Part shown: piece after piece, positions 28,622-37,420 of the stretch | Position numbering within the stretch: position 1 is the stretch's first letter | How the letters are laid out: every line of letters begins with the position of its first letter | Source: Candidatus Marinacidobacterium sp. | GTDB taxonomy: Bacteria; Acidobacteriota; Vicinamibacteria; Marinacidobacterales; Marinacidobacteraceae | Assembly: GCA_965220965.1 (NCBI GenBank) | Contig: OZ244852.1 | Span: 1,280,001-1,344,000 of the forward strand | Reading direction: 5' to 3' | Length of the DNA stretch: 64,000 nt | Notes under the pieces: model-generated | The model's input: only the letters and a program-made list of their open reading frames with translations | Databases searched by the model: none | What the model was told of the DNA's origin: nothing | Position numbers and translations under genes: made by a program

Positions 28622-30070
28622 ATGCGCAAGATCTCCCTTCTCCCGCTCCTTGCTGGAGCCCTCGTCCTCCTCGCCCTGCCCGCGGTCGCGGCCGCGCAGG
28701 GGGGAAACGACCCCGCTGACACGCTGACCCGTTTCCTGGACGGCCAGAAGACCGACTTCGAAGAGGTCGCGCTCTCGATCTGGGAGTGGGCGGAGGTCGG
28801 CTACCAGGAAGAGTGGAGCTCCGCCCTGCTCCAGGAACAGCTCGTCGCCGCCGGGTTCTCGGTGGAGAGCGGGGTCGCCGGGATGCCGACGGCCTTCATC
28901 GGCGAGTGGGGAACCGGCGGCCCGGTGATCGGCATCCTCGCCGAGTACGACGCGCTGCCCGGCATCACGCAGACCGCGGCGCCGGAGCCGATGGAGCGGC
29001 ATGATGTGGCCGCCGGACACGCCTGCGGCCACCACCTCTTCGGGACCGCGTCGGTCGCCGCCGGCCTGGCGGTCAAGGACTGGCTGGAGCGCTCGGGAAC
29101 CCCGGGGCGGATCCGGGTCTACGGCACGCCCGCCGAGGAAGGGGGCGCCGGGAAGGTCTACATGGTGCGGGAAGGGCTCTTCGCGGATGTGGACGCGGTG
29201 CTCGCGTGGCACCCCGGAGACCGCAACGACGCGAGCCCGGGTGACTCGCTCGCCAACCTGTCGGCCAAGTTCCGCTTCCGCGGCGTCTCGGCGCACGCCG
29301 CCAGCGCCCCCGATCAGGGACGGTCCGCGCTGGATGCAGTCGAGGCGATGAACTTCATGGTGAACCAGATGCGCGAGCACGTCCACGAGCGCAGCCGGAT
29401 CCACTACGTGATCACGAACGGGGGCGCCGCGCCCAACGTGGTTCCGAACTTCGCCGAGGTCTACTACTACAACCGCCACCCCTCGGTGGAGGTGGCGCGG
29501 TCGAACTGGGAGCGGATCCTGCAGATCGCGGATGCAGCGGCGCTCGGGACCGGGACCGAGGTGGAGCACGAGGTCATCCACGGGCTCTACAACCTGCTTC
29601 CCAACGAACACATCGGACGCCTGCTGTTCGACAACATGCAGGCGGTCGGCGGATTCCGCTACAACGACGAGGAACGGGCGTTCGCCGAGGAGATCCAGCA
29701 ACACCTCGCGAACCCCCGCCCCATCGGCTCCCAGGAGGAAGTGGAGGAATGGTCGCGGACTCCGGCCGGCGGCTCGACCGATGTCGCCGACGTGAGCTGG
29801 GTCGTGCCCACCGCGCAGTTCCGGACCGCGACCTGGGTCCCCGGCACGCCGGCCCACAGTTGGCAGGCGATCGCCGCCGGCGGAACCACGATCGGCCTCA
29901 AGGGGATGCACATGGCAGCCCAGATCCTGGCGCGCACCGCGGCGGACCTCTTCTCCGACCCCTCGACCCTGTCCGCCGCGCTCGAGGAGCTGAACGCGGC
30001 CCGCGGGCCGGACTTCGTCTACGAACCCCTGGTCGGAGACCGTCCTCCGCCACTCGACTACCGACGCTGA
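28622..30070 (+). CDS. M20 amidohydrolase, AbgB (p-aminobenzoyl-glutamate hydrolase B) like, with signal peptide
   Basis: LAEYDALPG, GHACGHHLFG, GTPAEEGG, WHPG, GRSALDAVE, GSTDVADVSW and PAHSWQ; RBS GGAGG. Confidence 0.92.
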   Translation: MRKISLLPLLAGALVLLALPAVAAAQGGNDPADTLTRFLDGQKTDFEEVALSIWEWAEVGYQEEWSSALLQEQLVAAGFSVESGVAGMPTAFIGEWGTGGPVIGILAEYDALPGITQTAAPEPMERHDVAAGHACGHHLFGTASVAAGLAVKDWLERSGTPGRIRVYGTPAEEGGAGKVYMVREGLFADVDAVLAWHPGDRNDASPGDSLANLSAKFRFRGVSAHAASAPDQGRSALDAVEAMNFMVNQMREHVHERSRIHYVITNGGAAPNVVPNFAEVYYYNRHPSVEVARSNWERILQIADAAALGTGTEVEHEVIHGLYNLLPNEHIGRLLFDNMQAVGGFRYNDEERAFAEEIQQHLANPRPIGSQEEVEEWSRTPAGGSTDVADVSWVVPTAQFRTATWVPGTPAHSWQAIAAGGTTIGLKGMHMAAQILARTAADLFSDPSTLSAALEELNAARGPDFVYEPLVGDRPPPLDYRR

Positions 30071-30113
30071 GCCGCGGAGCCGCCAGTCCGCCTGCCGTCG
30101 ACGGCAATCCCTG

Positions 30114-30380
30114 ATGCGCACGAACGTGACCATCGACGACGACATCGCCGAAGCCATCTCGCAGCGGCGCAGGCGTTCGGGCCAGACCCTGTCGCAGGTC
30201 GTGAATGCGCTCCTCCGCGCCGGGCTTCGAGCGGACGCCGCTCGCCGCGAGCAGCCATACCGGTCTGCGACGTTCCCCCTTCGTCTGCGGCCGGGCGTCA
30301 GCCCGGACAGGCTCAACGAGCTCGTGGATGAACTCGAGGCGGCGCGGTACCGCGAGGGCCCGGCCAGCCCGGACGGGTGA
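30114..30380 (+). CDS. Ribbon-helix-helix antitoxin, VapB-like (orphan)
   Basis: MRTNVTIDDDI...SQVVNALLRAGL...LVDELE is the typical pattern of VapB partners of PIN toxins. Confidence 0.7.
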   Translation: MRTNVTIDDDIAEAISQRRRRSGQTLSQVVNALLRAGLRADAARREQPYRSATFPLRLRPGVSPDRLNELVDELEAARYREGPASPDG

Positions 30381-30409
30381 TCTGGCGGGGCCGTGAAGCG
30401 AGGCGCTCC

Positions 30410-30540
30410 ATGAGCGCCGCCGCCAACCCCTTCCGGCCGGGCGCCGGGACGAGACCACCCCTGCTCGCGGGACGGGACGTCGAGCTGCGCGTGATCGGTC
30501 GGGCTCTGGACGAGCTGGCCGAGGGGCGGCGCCGGCGGCC
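30410..30540 (+). pseudogene. 5' fragment of an AAA (AAA_16-like) ATPase gene
   Basis: MSAAANPFRPGAGTRPPLLAGRDVEL is the conserved N-terminal motif of this ATPase family. Similarity stops before the Walker A motif and the frame runs on into capA. Confidence 0.65.
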
Positions 30541-30581
30541 ATGCCATACACTCGGTTTCCGCTCCGGAGGCGCTCCCGCCG

Positions 30582-31973
30582 ATGATGAACCGCAACGCAT
30601 CCACGAAACTCCGCTCCCGTTACGCCGTCCCGCTCGCGGCGCTGGGCCTGATCGCCGGCCTCGGCGTCGAGGCCGCCGCCCAGGGCCGGATCCGGATGGC
30701 CTTCACCGGCGACTCGATCATCACCCGTAAGCTGAGCGTCTACGACGAGCCGCAGTACATGGCGATGATCGACATGCTGCGGGAGGTGGACCTCGCCTTC
30801 ACCAACATCGAAGTCCTCTTCCACGACTGGGAGTCCTACCCGATGAGCTCGAGCGGGGGCACCTACATGCGCGCCCAGCCGGAGCTGGTGCACGAGCTCA
30901 CCTGGGCCGGATTCGACCTCGGCTCGCTGGCCAACAACCACTCGGGCGACTTCGGCCCCCCGGCGATGCTGCTCACCGAGAAGTACGTGCGGGAAGCCGG
31001 GATGGTGGCCGCCGGCGTCGGCCGGAGCCTCGCCGAGGCCCGGGAAGCCAAGTTCGTCGAGACCCGCGCGGGCCGGGTGGCGCTCATCTCGATGTCCTCG
31101 ACCTTCCCCGACCATTCGCGCGCCGGCAAGTCGCGGGATGACATTCCGCCGCGGCCGGGACTGAACCCGCTGCGCCACACGAGGATCTACGAGGTCACCC
31201 GCGAGCAGCTCGAGGGCGTCCGCGCCACGATGCGGGACCTGGGGATGAACCCGCCCGAGGCCTCCGACCGGCTCAACTTCCTCCGGCAGCGCTTCGAGGT
31301 CGCCGACGCTCCCGGGATCCGCACGGAGCCCCACGCCGAGGACATGGCGGAAATCGCCTCGATCGTCTCGAACGCCGCCCGGCAGGCCGACTACGTGATC
31401 GTCACGATCCACGCCCACGAAAGCGCCGGGAACCGCTTCGTCCCGGCGCAGTTCGTGGAGACCTTCGCCCGCGCCATGGTGGACGCCGGAGCCTCCGTCT
31501 TCGTGGGCCACGGTCCGCACGTCCTGCGCGCCATCGAGATGTACCGCGGCGCGCCGATCATGTACAGCCTCGGCGACTTCGTCTTCCAGAACGAAACCCT
31601 GCAGCGCCTGCCCTACGAGAACTACGACAACCTCGGGCTCGACGAGGGCGCCGGGCTCGCCGACTTCAACGAGGCCCGCTACAACAACGACACGACCGGC
31701 TTCCCCGCCACCCCCGAGATCTGGGAGGCGGTGATCGCGGTTCCCGAGTGGGAGTCGGGCCAGCTCGCCGAGCTGACGCTCCACCCGATCACCCTGATGC
31801 ACGGGCAGCCGCGACAGGTCCGGGGTCGGCCGATGTACGCCGAGGGCGCCCTCGCCGACAAGATCCTGGACGACCTGATCCGGCTCTCCGAGCCCTACGG
31901 GACCGAGTTCGAGGTCCGGGACGGCGTCGCCCGCGTCGTCCTTCCCGAAGCCTCGACGGACGCCCAGCAGTGA
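30582..31973 (+). CDS. CapA/PgsA family metallophosphoesterase-like protein (poly-gamma-glutamate synthesis domain), exported
   Basis: FTGD, FTNIE, LANNHSGDFG, VTIHAHE, GHGPHVLR and YSLGDFVFQ; signal peptide. Confidence 0.9.
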   Translation: MMNRNASTKLRSRYAVPLAALGLIAGLGVEAAAQGRIRMAFTGDSIITRKLSVYDEPQYMAMIDMLREVDLAFTNIEVLFHDWESYPMSSSGGTYMRAQPELVHELTWAGFDLGSLANNHSGDFGPPAMLLTEKYVREAGMVAAGVGRSLAEAREAKFVETRAGRVALISMSSTFPDHSRAGKSRDDIPPRPGLNPLRHTRIYEVTREQLEGVRATMRDLGMNPPEASDRLNFLRQRFEVADAPGIRTEPHAEDMAEIASIVSNAARQADYVIVTIHAHESAGNRFVPAQFVETFARAMVDAGASVFVGHGPHVLRAIEMYRGAPIMYSLGDFVFQNETLQRLPYENYDNLGLDEGAGLADFNEARYNNDTTGFPATPEIWEAVIAVPEWESGQLAELTLHPITLMHGQPRQVRGRPMYAEGALADKILDDLIRLSEPYGTEFEVRDGVARVVLPEASTDAQQ

Positions 31974-33070
31974 TCCCGGCGCCGGGCCTGCGGGCCCCGG
32001 CGCGGTCGCTGCTGCTGTGGGCCGTCGTCGGGGCGGCGGGCGTCCCGCTCGGCGCGGCGCAGACCGGGGAGCGGCGTCCGCTTGCGGTGGACATCCATGC
32101 GCACCCCTCGCGCTTCCACCGCGCGAACGTCTCCCGGATCAGCGACGAGGAGATCGCCCGTTATCTGGACCGGGGGATGGACGCGGTCGTCGCCACGATC
32201 AGCACCGACACCCCCTACCGCGGCGGCTACACGCTGCGCGACGGGACACGGATCGAGGGCGGTAACCGTCGTCCCGATACGGGAGAGGCGTGGGCCTACA
32301 CCCTCGACCGGTACGAGCGGCTGGACCGCACGGTCGCGGAGGCGAACGCGGTCTTCGTTCGGACCCCCGCCGAGGCGCACCGGGCCCGGGAGGAGGGCAG
32401 ACTCGCGATCCTCCCCGCGCTCGAGGGCGCGGATTCGCTCGACGGCCGGCTCGGGCGGCTCCGCGAACTGCACCGCCGCGGCCTGGCGCTGCTCCAGATC
32501 GTCCACTTCCGCCCGAACGGGATCGGCCACATCCAGACCTGGCCCTACACCCCGGGCGGCCTCACTGCATTCGGCCGAGAGGTCGTCGAGGAGTGCAACC
32601 GGCTCGGGATCGTGATCGATCTGGCGCACGCCAACACCGAGACGATCCGGGACACGCTGGATCTCTCGATCCATCCGGTCGTGTTCAGCCACACCGGCGC
32701 CTTCGCGCTCGCCGAGCACGACCGCCACCTCCTCGACCCGGAGATCCGCGAGATCGCCGCCAGCGGCGGAGTCATCGGAATCTGGCCGAACGCCTCGCTG
32801 GTCCCCACCGTCGCCGACATGGCCCGCCACGCCCGCCACCTGGCGTCCGTCGGCGGCGTGGAGAACCTCGGGATCGGAAGCGATCTCCGGGGGATGTCCG
32901 CCTACAGCGAGGGCTTCGGCGAGGAGGCCAACTTCGAGGCCATCGCCGAAGCGCTGGGCGAGGCGGGCTTCGACCGGGACGAGGTGCAGGCCATTCTCGG
33001 CGGCAACTTCGAGCGCGTCTGGAGCGCCGTCACCGCCCACATCCAGACCGACCAGGGAGACCCGCCATGA
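31970..33070 (+). CDS. Membrane/renal-type dipeptidase, M19 family
   Basis: DIHAH, LEGAD, GLTAFGREVVEECNRLGIVIDLAH, FSHTG, GIGSD and ILGGNFERV; GTG start overlaps the capA stop. Confidence 0.9.
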   Translation: MIPAPGLRAPARSLLLWAVVGAAGVPLGAAQTGERRPLAVDIHAHPSRFHRANVSRISDEEIARYLDRGMDAVVATISTDTPYRGGYTLRDGTRIEGGNRRPDTGEAWAYTLDRYERLDRTVAEANAVFVRTPAEAHRAREEGRLAILPALEGADSLDGRLGRLRELHRRGLALLQIVHFRPNGIGHIQTWPYTPGGLTAFGREVVEECNRLGIVIDLAHANTETIRDTLDLSIHPVVFSHTGAFALAEHDRHLLDPEIREIAASGGVIGIWPNASLVPTVADMARHARHLASVGGVENLGIGSDLRGMSAYSEGFGEEANFEAIAEALGEAGFDRDEVQAILGGNFERVWSAVTAHIQTDQGDPP

Positions 33071-34170
33071 TCCGGATCCGCACTGTCGCGCCGTTCCCGG
33101 CGCTCTTGCTCCTCGCCGCCTGCGGAGGCGGGGAACCCGCCCCGGAACCCGGGGACATCTTCCAGCAGATCGTCGCGGAGGCGCGGAACACCGCGGAGAG
33201 CCCCGGGCTGTCCGCCGCCGTCGCGGTGAACGGCGAGATCGTCTGGACGGGCGGCTCGGGGCTGGCCGACATCGAAAACGACGTCCCGGCGACCGCCGAG
33301 AGCGTCTACCGGATCGCTTCGATCTCGAAGCCGATCGCCGCGACCGCCATCATGCAGCTCGCGGAACAGGGTTCGGTGGATCTCGACGCCCCGGTCCAGG
33401 AGTACTTCCCGGTCTTCCCGGGGAAGGCGTTCCCGGTCACGCTGCGACACCTGCTGACGCACACCTCGGGCGTCCGGCACTACAACCCGGGCGAATTCGA
33501 CATGAAGGAGCGGTTCGACACCGTCGAGGCGGCCACCGACATCTTCCGGGACGACCCGCTGCTCTTCGAGCCGGGGACCGACTACAGCTACTCCACCTAC
33601 GCCTACAACCTGCTGGCCGGCGTCGTCGAGACCGCCTCCGGCATGAGCTTTGACGACTACATGCGCGACAACGTCTGGGACCCGGCGGGGATGGGCGACA
33701 CCCATCTCGAACACCAGCGGGAGATCGTGCCCAACCGGGTTCGCCAGTACGTGAAGCGCGACGACACCGCGGGCGTCTGGAACGCCCCGCTCGCCGACCT
33801 CTCGATCAAGTGGGCCGGAGGCGGGATGATCGCGACCGCTCCCGACCTCGTCCGCTTCGCGCTGGCGATGGACGCCGGAACGCTCATCGAGGCGGCGACC
33901 CACGACGAGATGACGACGCGGTATGTGCTCGCAGACGGGACCGTCAGCGACTATGCGCTCGGCTGGCGGATCGCGGAGGACGAGGCGGGAACCTGGGTGG
34001 CCCACTCGGGGGGCGCCACCGGCGGCACGACGCACCTCCTGCGCCTGCCGGAACGCGGGGTCGCGGTCGCGCTCACGGCGAACGTCCAGAGCGGCGCCGG
34101 CCTCGCCGATGCGGCGCGCCGGCTCGCCGACGCGGCGCTGGCGCAAGCCAGCGCGACACCGTCCGAATAG
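33067..34170 (+). CDS. Serine hydrolase lipoprotein, beta-lactamase class C / D-peptidase family
   Basis: Lipobox LLAAC, SISK (SxxK), LLTHTSG, FEPGTDYSYS and HSGG. Confidence 0.9.
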   Translation: MIRIRTVAPFPALLLLAACGGGEPAPEPGDIFQQIVAEARNTAESPGLSAAVAVNGEIVWTGGSGLADIENDVPATAESVYRIASISKPIAATAIMQLAEQGSVDLDAPVQEYFPVFPGKAFPVTLRHLLTHTSGVRHYNPGEFDMKERFDTVEAATDIFRDDPLLFEPGTDYSYSTYAYNLLAGVVETASGMSFDDYMRDNVWDPAGMGDTHLEHQREIVPNRVRQYVKRDDTAGVWNAPLADLSIKWAGGGMIATAPDLVRFALAMDAGTLIEAATHDEMTTRYVLADGTVSDYALGWRIAEDEAGTWVAHSGGATGGTTHLLRLPERGVAVALTANVQSGAGLADAARRLADAALAQASATPSE

Positions 34171-34221
34171 GCCGGGTTCCCGACGCGCCGCCGTGGTCGG
34201 TTGTACGATGGTGGCTGACCG

Positions 34222-34377
34222 ATGAAGCGAAGCGTCTTTGGCCTGTTCGCCAGCGCGTTCGTGGCCCTCTGGGCCCTGGCGAATCCCGTTCTCGCCGTCC
34301 TGGCCTGGCCTCGGATCAGGGAACTCGATGAGGAAGACCAGTCAGACCAGATCGTGACGCTCAACCTTCGCGGTTAG
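34222..34377 (+). CDS. Putative small membrane protein (51 aa)
   Basis: Manual translation MKRSVFGLFASAFVALWALANPVLAVLAWPRIRELDEEDQSDQIVTLNLRG: hydrophobic N-terminus and acidic tail; a TACGAT -10-like box lies upstream. Confidence 0.5.
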   Translation: MKRSVFGLFASAFVALWALANPVLAVLAWPRIRELDEEDQSDQIVTLNLRG

Positions 34378-34414
34378 CGCTCTCCGAAAACCTTCGCGGC
34401 TAGCGCTCTCCGAA
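34363..34414. repeat. 26-bp tandem duplication
   Basis: AACCTTCGCGGTTAGCGCTCTCCGAA (34363-34388) followed by AACCTTCGCGGCTAGCGCTCTCCGAA (34389-34414), one mismatch. Confidence 0.9.
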
Positions 34415-35152
34415 CAGGCTGGGAGGGGGACGCGGTTCCGGGGGGACCGCGACCGGCTCGATGCAGCGCGGATCGTCGTTCGCCGGGTTGTTCACGATCC
34501 TCGCGACCGGATCGGCGGCCATCGCTTCCGCCGGCGCCGGCTCGAAGGAGATCTCCCCGCCCGAGAGCCAGGCCTCGAAGTCGCGGGGCGCGACGATGAC
34601 CGGCATCCGGTCATGGATCTCGGCGACCAGCGGGTTTGACCCGGTCGTCAGGATCGTGAACGTCTCGAGCGCGTCCCCCGCGCCTTCGACCTGGTCCATC
34701 CGGTGGCGCGGCGGCGTCCAGCGCTCCCAGAGCCCGGCGAGCGCGAAGAAGCCCCCGTCCCGAAGCCGGAACCTCCAGGGCTGCGCACCGCCGGACCGGG
34801 CGCCGCGCCTGGCGCCGCGCCCCCGGGCCCATTCGTAGAAGCCGTCCACCGGGACGAGGCACCGCCGCAGGGCGAAGGCGGCGCGAAAGGAGGGCCGCTG
34901 ACGCACCGTCTCGCAACGGGCGTTGATCAGCCGGTGGCCGACCGCGGGATCTGAAGCGCCCGCCGGAACCAGCCCCCAGCGGTGGAGGCGGAGGCGGCGT
35001 CCGCCGCCCGGGCCAGACTCCTGGCGAACGATCGCGGCGTTCTGGGACGGCGCGACATTGAACCGCGGGGGAAGCTCGGGCAGCTCTCCGTCCAGTTCAA
35101 AAAGCTCGGCCGCCTCGTCCCAGGCGGCCGCCTGGGTGAACCGGCCGCACAT
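34400..35152 (-). CDS. SOS response-associated peptidase (SRAP/YedK/HMCES family)
   Basis: N-terminal MCGRF, RFNVAPSQ, WGLVP, INARCET, RRCLVPVDGFYEW and IHDRMPVI. Confidence 0.95.
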   Translation of the reverse strand: MCGRFTQAAAWDEAAELFELDGELPELPPRFNVAPSQNAAIVRQESGPGGGRRLRLHRWGLVPAGASDPAVGHRLINARCETVRQRPSFRAAFALRRCLVPVDGFYEWARGRGARRGARSGGAQPWRFRLRDGGFFALAGLWERWTPPRHRMDQVEGAGDALETFTILTTGSNPLVAEIHDRMPVIVAPRDFEAWLSGGEISFEPAPAEAMAADPVARIVNNPANDDPRCIEPVAVPPEPRPPPSLFGER

Positions 35153-35216
35153 GGAATCAGCCCTTCAACTTCAACCAACCGGGGCGCAGGACCGAAATCC
35201 GGCGCCCCGGTCCACC

Positions 35217-37307
35217 CTAACGGAGCCGCGGCCCGTCCTGGTTCACCGCGTCGGTGGTCTCCATGTCTTCCGCCTCATCGTCCCCGGGCGCGGTCTCCCA
35301 GACGTAGTCGATGCCGCGGACGTGCCGCTCGAACCAGTCGATTTCCACGTTCACCTTGAACAGTTGGTGCCGGAGCTCCTGCCAGCCGTGGGGCGCGCGC
35401 GGCGCAACGTAGAGGTGGGAGTCCACGCCGTTCGTCTTCAGGGCGCGGAAGAGCTCGATGGACTGCGCCGCCGGGACCCGGAGGTCGTTCTCTCCCACCA
35501 GAACGATCGTCGGCGTCGTGACCCGGTAGATGTCCTTCAGCGGGGAGTGCTCCCAGTAGACATCGATCGGGGCGTCTTCCTGCCAGGGCGTTCCCCCGAA
35601 CCAGGGGGTGCGGTAGATCCGCACATCGCTCTGGCCGTACATCGAGATCCAGTTCACCGCGCCCGCGCCGGAGGCCGCCGCCTTGAACCGGTCGGTGTGG
35701 GTGATGATCTTGTTCGTCATGTGGCCGCCGCCGCTCCAGCCCATCTTGGCCATCCGGTCGCCGTCCACCAGTCCCTGTTCGATCAGGTAGTCCACCCCGG
35801 TCATGACATCGAGGTGCGCCTGGTTGAAGTAGTGGCCGACCATGTCGCGCAGGAACGGATCGCCGTAGCCGGTGCTGCCCCGGTAGTTGGGCTTGAAGAC
35901 GAAGTAGCCGCGCGCCGTCAGGACCTGCACGTAGCTCGACCAGGAGCCGAACCCGAACTTGTCGGACGCCGCCGGTCCCCCGTGCGTCTGGACGACCACG
36001 GGATAGCGGGTCCCCTCCGCATAGTCGAGCGGGTAGTAGAGGAGGCCCTCGACCTCGACGCCGTCCTCGCCCGGCCAGCGGACCGCTTCCTGCCTCGGCA
36101 GCCGGTAGGTCTCGTCGAGGTAGTCGAACACGCTCGTGACCTTCACCGGCTCGCCGCCGTCAGCCGCCAACAGGTGGATGTCCCCGGCGTTCGTCGGCGA
36201 GTTGATGCCGAAAACATGCTGACCGGCGTCGCGCTGGAAACTCCAACCTCCGATGCTGAAGTCGCCCCGAAGCAGCGTGCGCGGCGAGTCATCGTCCACC
36301 GAAGCGTGGAAGAGCTCGGTCCGGACGCCGGTGTTCGCGGTGAAGTGGATCGTTCCGTCGGGCGCCCAGCGGGCGGAGGTCACCTCGTGCGGCATGTCCT
36401 CGTAGAGGACGCGATGCGCGCCGCCTCCCGCCGGGACGACGAAGATGTTGTCGTTGAAGTAGGTCTCGAGATCGGCGCTCGAGTCGGAGAGGAAGAGCAC
36501 GAGCGAGCCGTCGGGCGAAAGCTGGGCGCCGCGCTCGCTGACCGTGTTGTCGGTCAACTGGAGCGCGTTCGAGCCGTCCGCATCCATGATCCAGACCTCG
36601 CCCTCGTCCGCGTTGTCGAAGAGCGGGCTGACCGACCGGTGGTGGGCGATCCGCGCGCCGTCGTCCGAGAGCCGGAACCCGAGGACGGAGAAGTCCCCCT
36701 CGGTGATCCGCTCGGCCTCGACCGTGTCCCCTTCCCGCACCGCGACTTTCCACAGGTGGCGCTGCTTGTAGTTCTCGTCGTAGGCGAAGACATCGTCCCG
36801 GAGACGGTCCTTCTTCTTCTCCTCGTCGGTCTTCGCGTCGAAGGCGAGGAAGTAGATGTGCGAGCCGTCGGGAGAGAAGGCGTACTGCTGGATCGAGGTG
36901 GGGTGCTCGGTGAGCGGCGACGCCTCGCCGCCCGAGTTGCGCAGCAACTGGATCTGGCGGTTCTCGTCGTCCCCGCGGCGGGCGACGAACGCGACCAGGC
37001 GCCCGTCGGGCGACCAGCGGGGGCCGGACTCGCCGTGCTCGCCGTTCGTGAGCCGCACTTCGCCGGAGCCGTCAGCGTTGATGCGGTGGACGTGGGTGAT
37101 GCGCCCGTTCTCCTCCCAGTCAGTATCGGTCCGGGTGAAGAGGATCTGCGAGCCGTCGGGAGAAAGCTGGGCGCCGCCCACCCGGGGAACGTCGATCAGC
37201 TCGACGATCGAGATGGGCCGCTTCTCCTGGGCCGCCGCGAGGGGGGCGACCAACAAAAGCGCGGGCAAAAGCGCGGGCAGGAGGCGGGAGAGAGTAAAAC
37301 GCGGCAT
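35217..37307 (-). CDS. S9 family peptidase (dipeptidyl aminopeptidase / acylaminoacyl peptidase), exported
   Basis: Signal peptide, PD40 propeller repeats, HGGP, NYRGSTGYG, GWSGGG nucleophile, GENDLRVP and HG. Confidence 0.93.
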   Translation of the reverse strand: MPRFTLSRLLPALLPALLLVAPLAAAQEKRPISIVELIDVPRVGGAQLSPDGSQILFTRTDTDWEENGRITHVHRINADGSGEVRLTNGEHGESGPRWSPDGRLVAFVARRGDDENRQIQLLRNSGGEASPLTEHPTSIQQYAFSPDGSHIYFLAFDAKTDEEKKKDRLRDDVFAYDENYKQRHLWKVAVREGDTVEAERITEGDFSVLGFRLSDDGARIAHHRSVSPLFDNADEGEVWIMDADGSNALQLTDNTVSERGAQLSPDGSLVLFLSDSSADLETYFNDNIFVVPAGGGAHRVLYEDMPHEVTSARWAPDGTIHFTANTGVRTELFHASVDDDSPRTLLRGDFSIGGWSFQRDAGQHVFGINSPTNAGDIHLLAADGGEPVKVTSVFDYLDETYRLPRQEAVRWPGEDGVEVEGLLYYPLDYAEGTRYPVVVQTHGGPAASDKFGFGSWSSYVQVLTARGYFVFKPNYRGSTGYGDPFLRDMVGHYFNQAHLDVMTGVDYLIEQGLVDGDRMAKMGWSGGGHMTNKIITHTDRFKAAASGAGAVNWISMYGQSDVRIYRTPWFGGTPWQEDAPIDVYWEHSPLKDIYRVTTPTIVLVGENDLRVPAAQSIELFRALKTNGVDSHLYVAPRAPHGWQELRHQLFKVNVEIDWFERHVRGIDYVWETAPGDDEAEDMETTDAVNQDGPRLR

Positions 37308-37420
37308 GGGGTCTCCTTCGGGGGAACGGCCGCCCGCCCGGAGGGGGGGCTGGCGCCGGCCCGCAATTGTGGGTTGCCGGCGCGGCGGCTTCAACCGGCC
37401 GCTCCGGCGGCGTCAGCCGG

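Noticed and set aside
28334-30604. 1049-aa minus ORF and 781-aa plus ORF read as large fusion proteins
   Set aside because: Each is a real gene plus antisense read-through of the divergent neighbour. The real starts, with RBS and signal peptide, are 28333 and 28622.
30582-31973. Poly-gamma-glutamate capsule biosynthesis locus
   Set aside because: capB and capC are absent from the window, and CapA alone does not imply capsule synthesis.
33067-34170. Beta-lactamase (and the esterase at 62099-63532) as antibiotic resistance genes
   Set aside because: Only family-level motifs are visible, and most members of these families are not resistance enzymes.
37255-37280. 12-bp duplication AAAAGCGCGGGC in the S9 signal peptide (also the PPVE repeat in the XerD N-terminus)
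   Set aside because: Short in-frame slippage in unconstrained segments, with no evident functional meaning.
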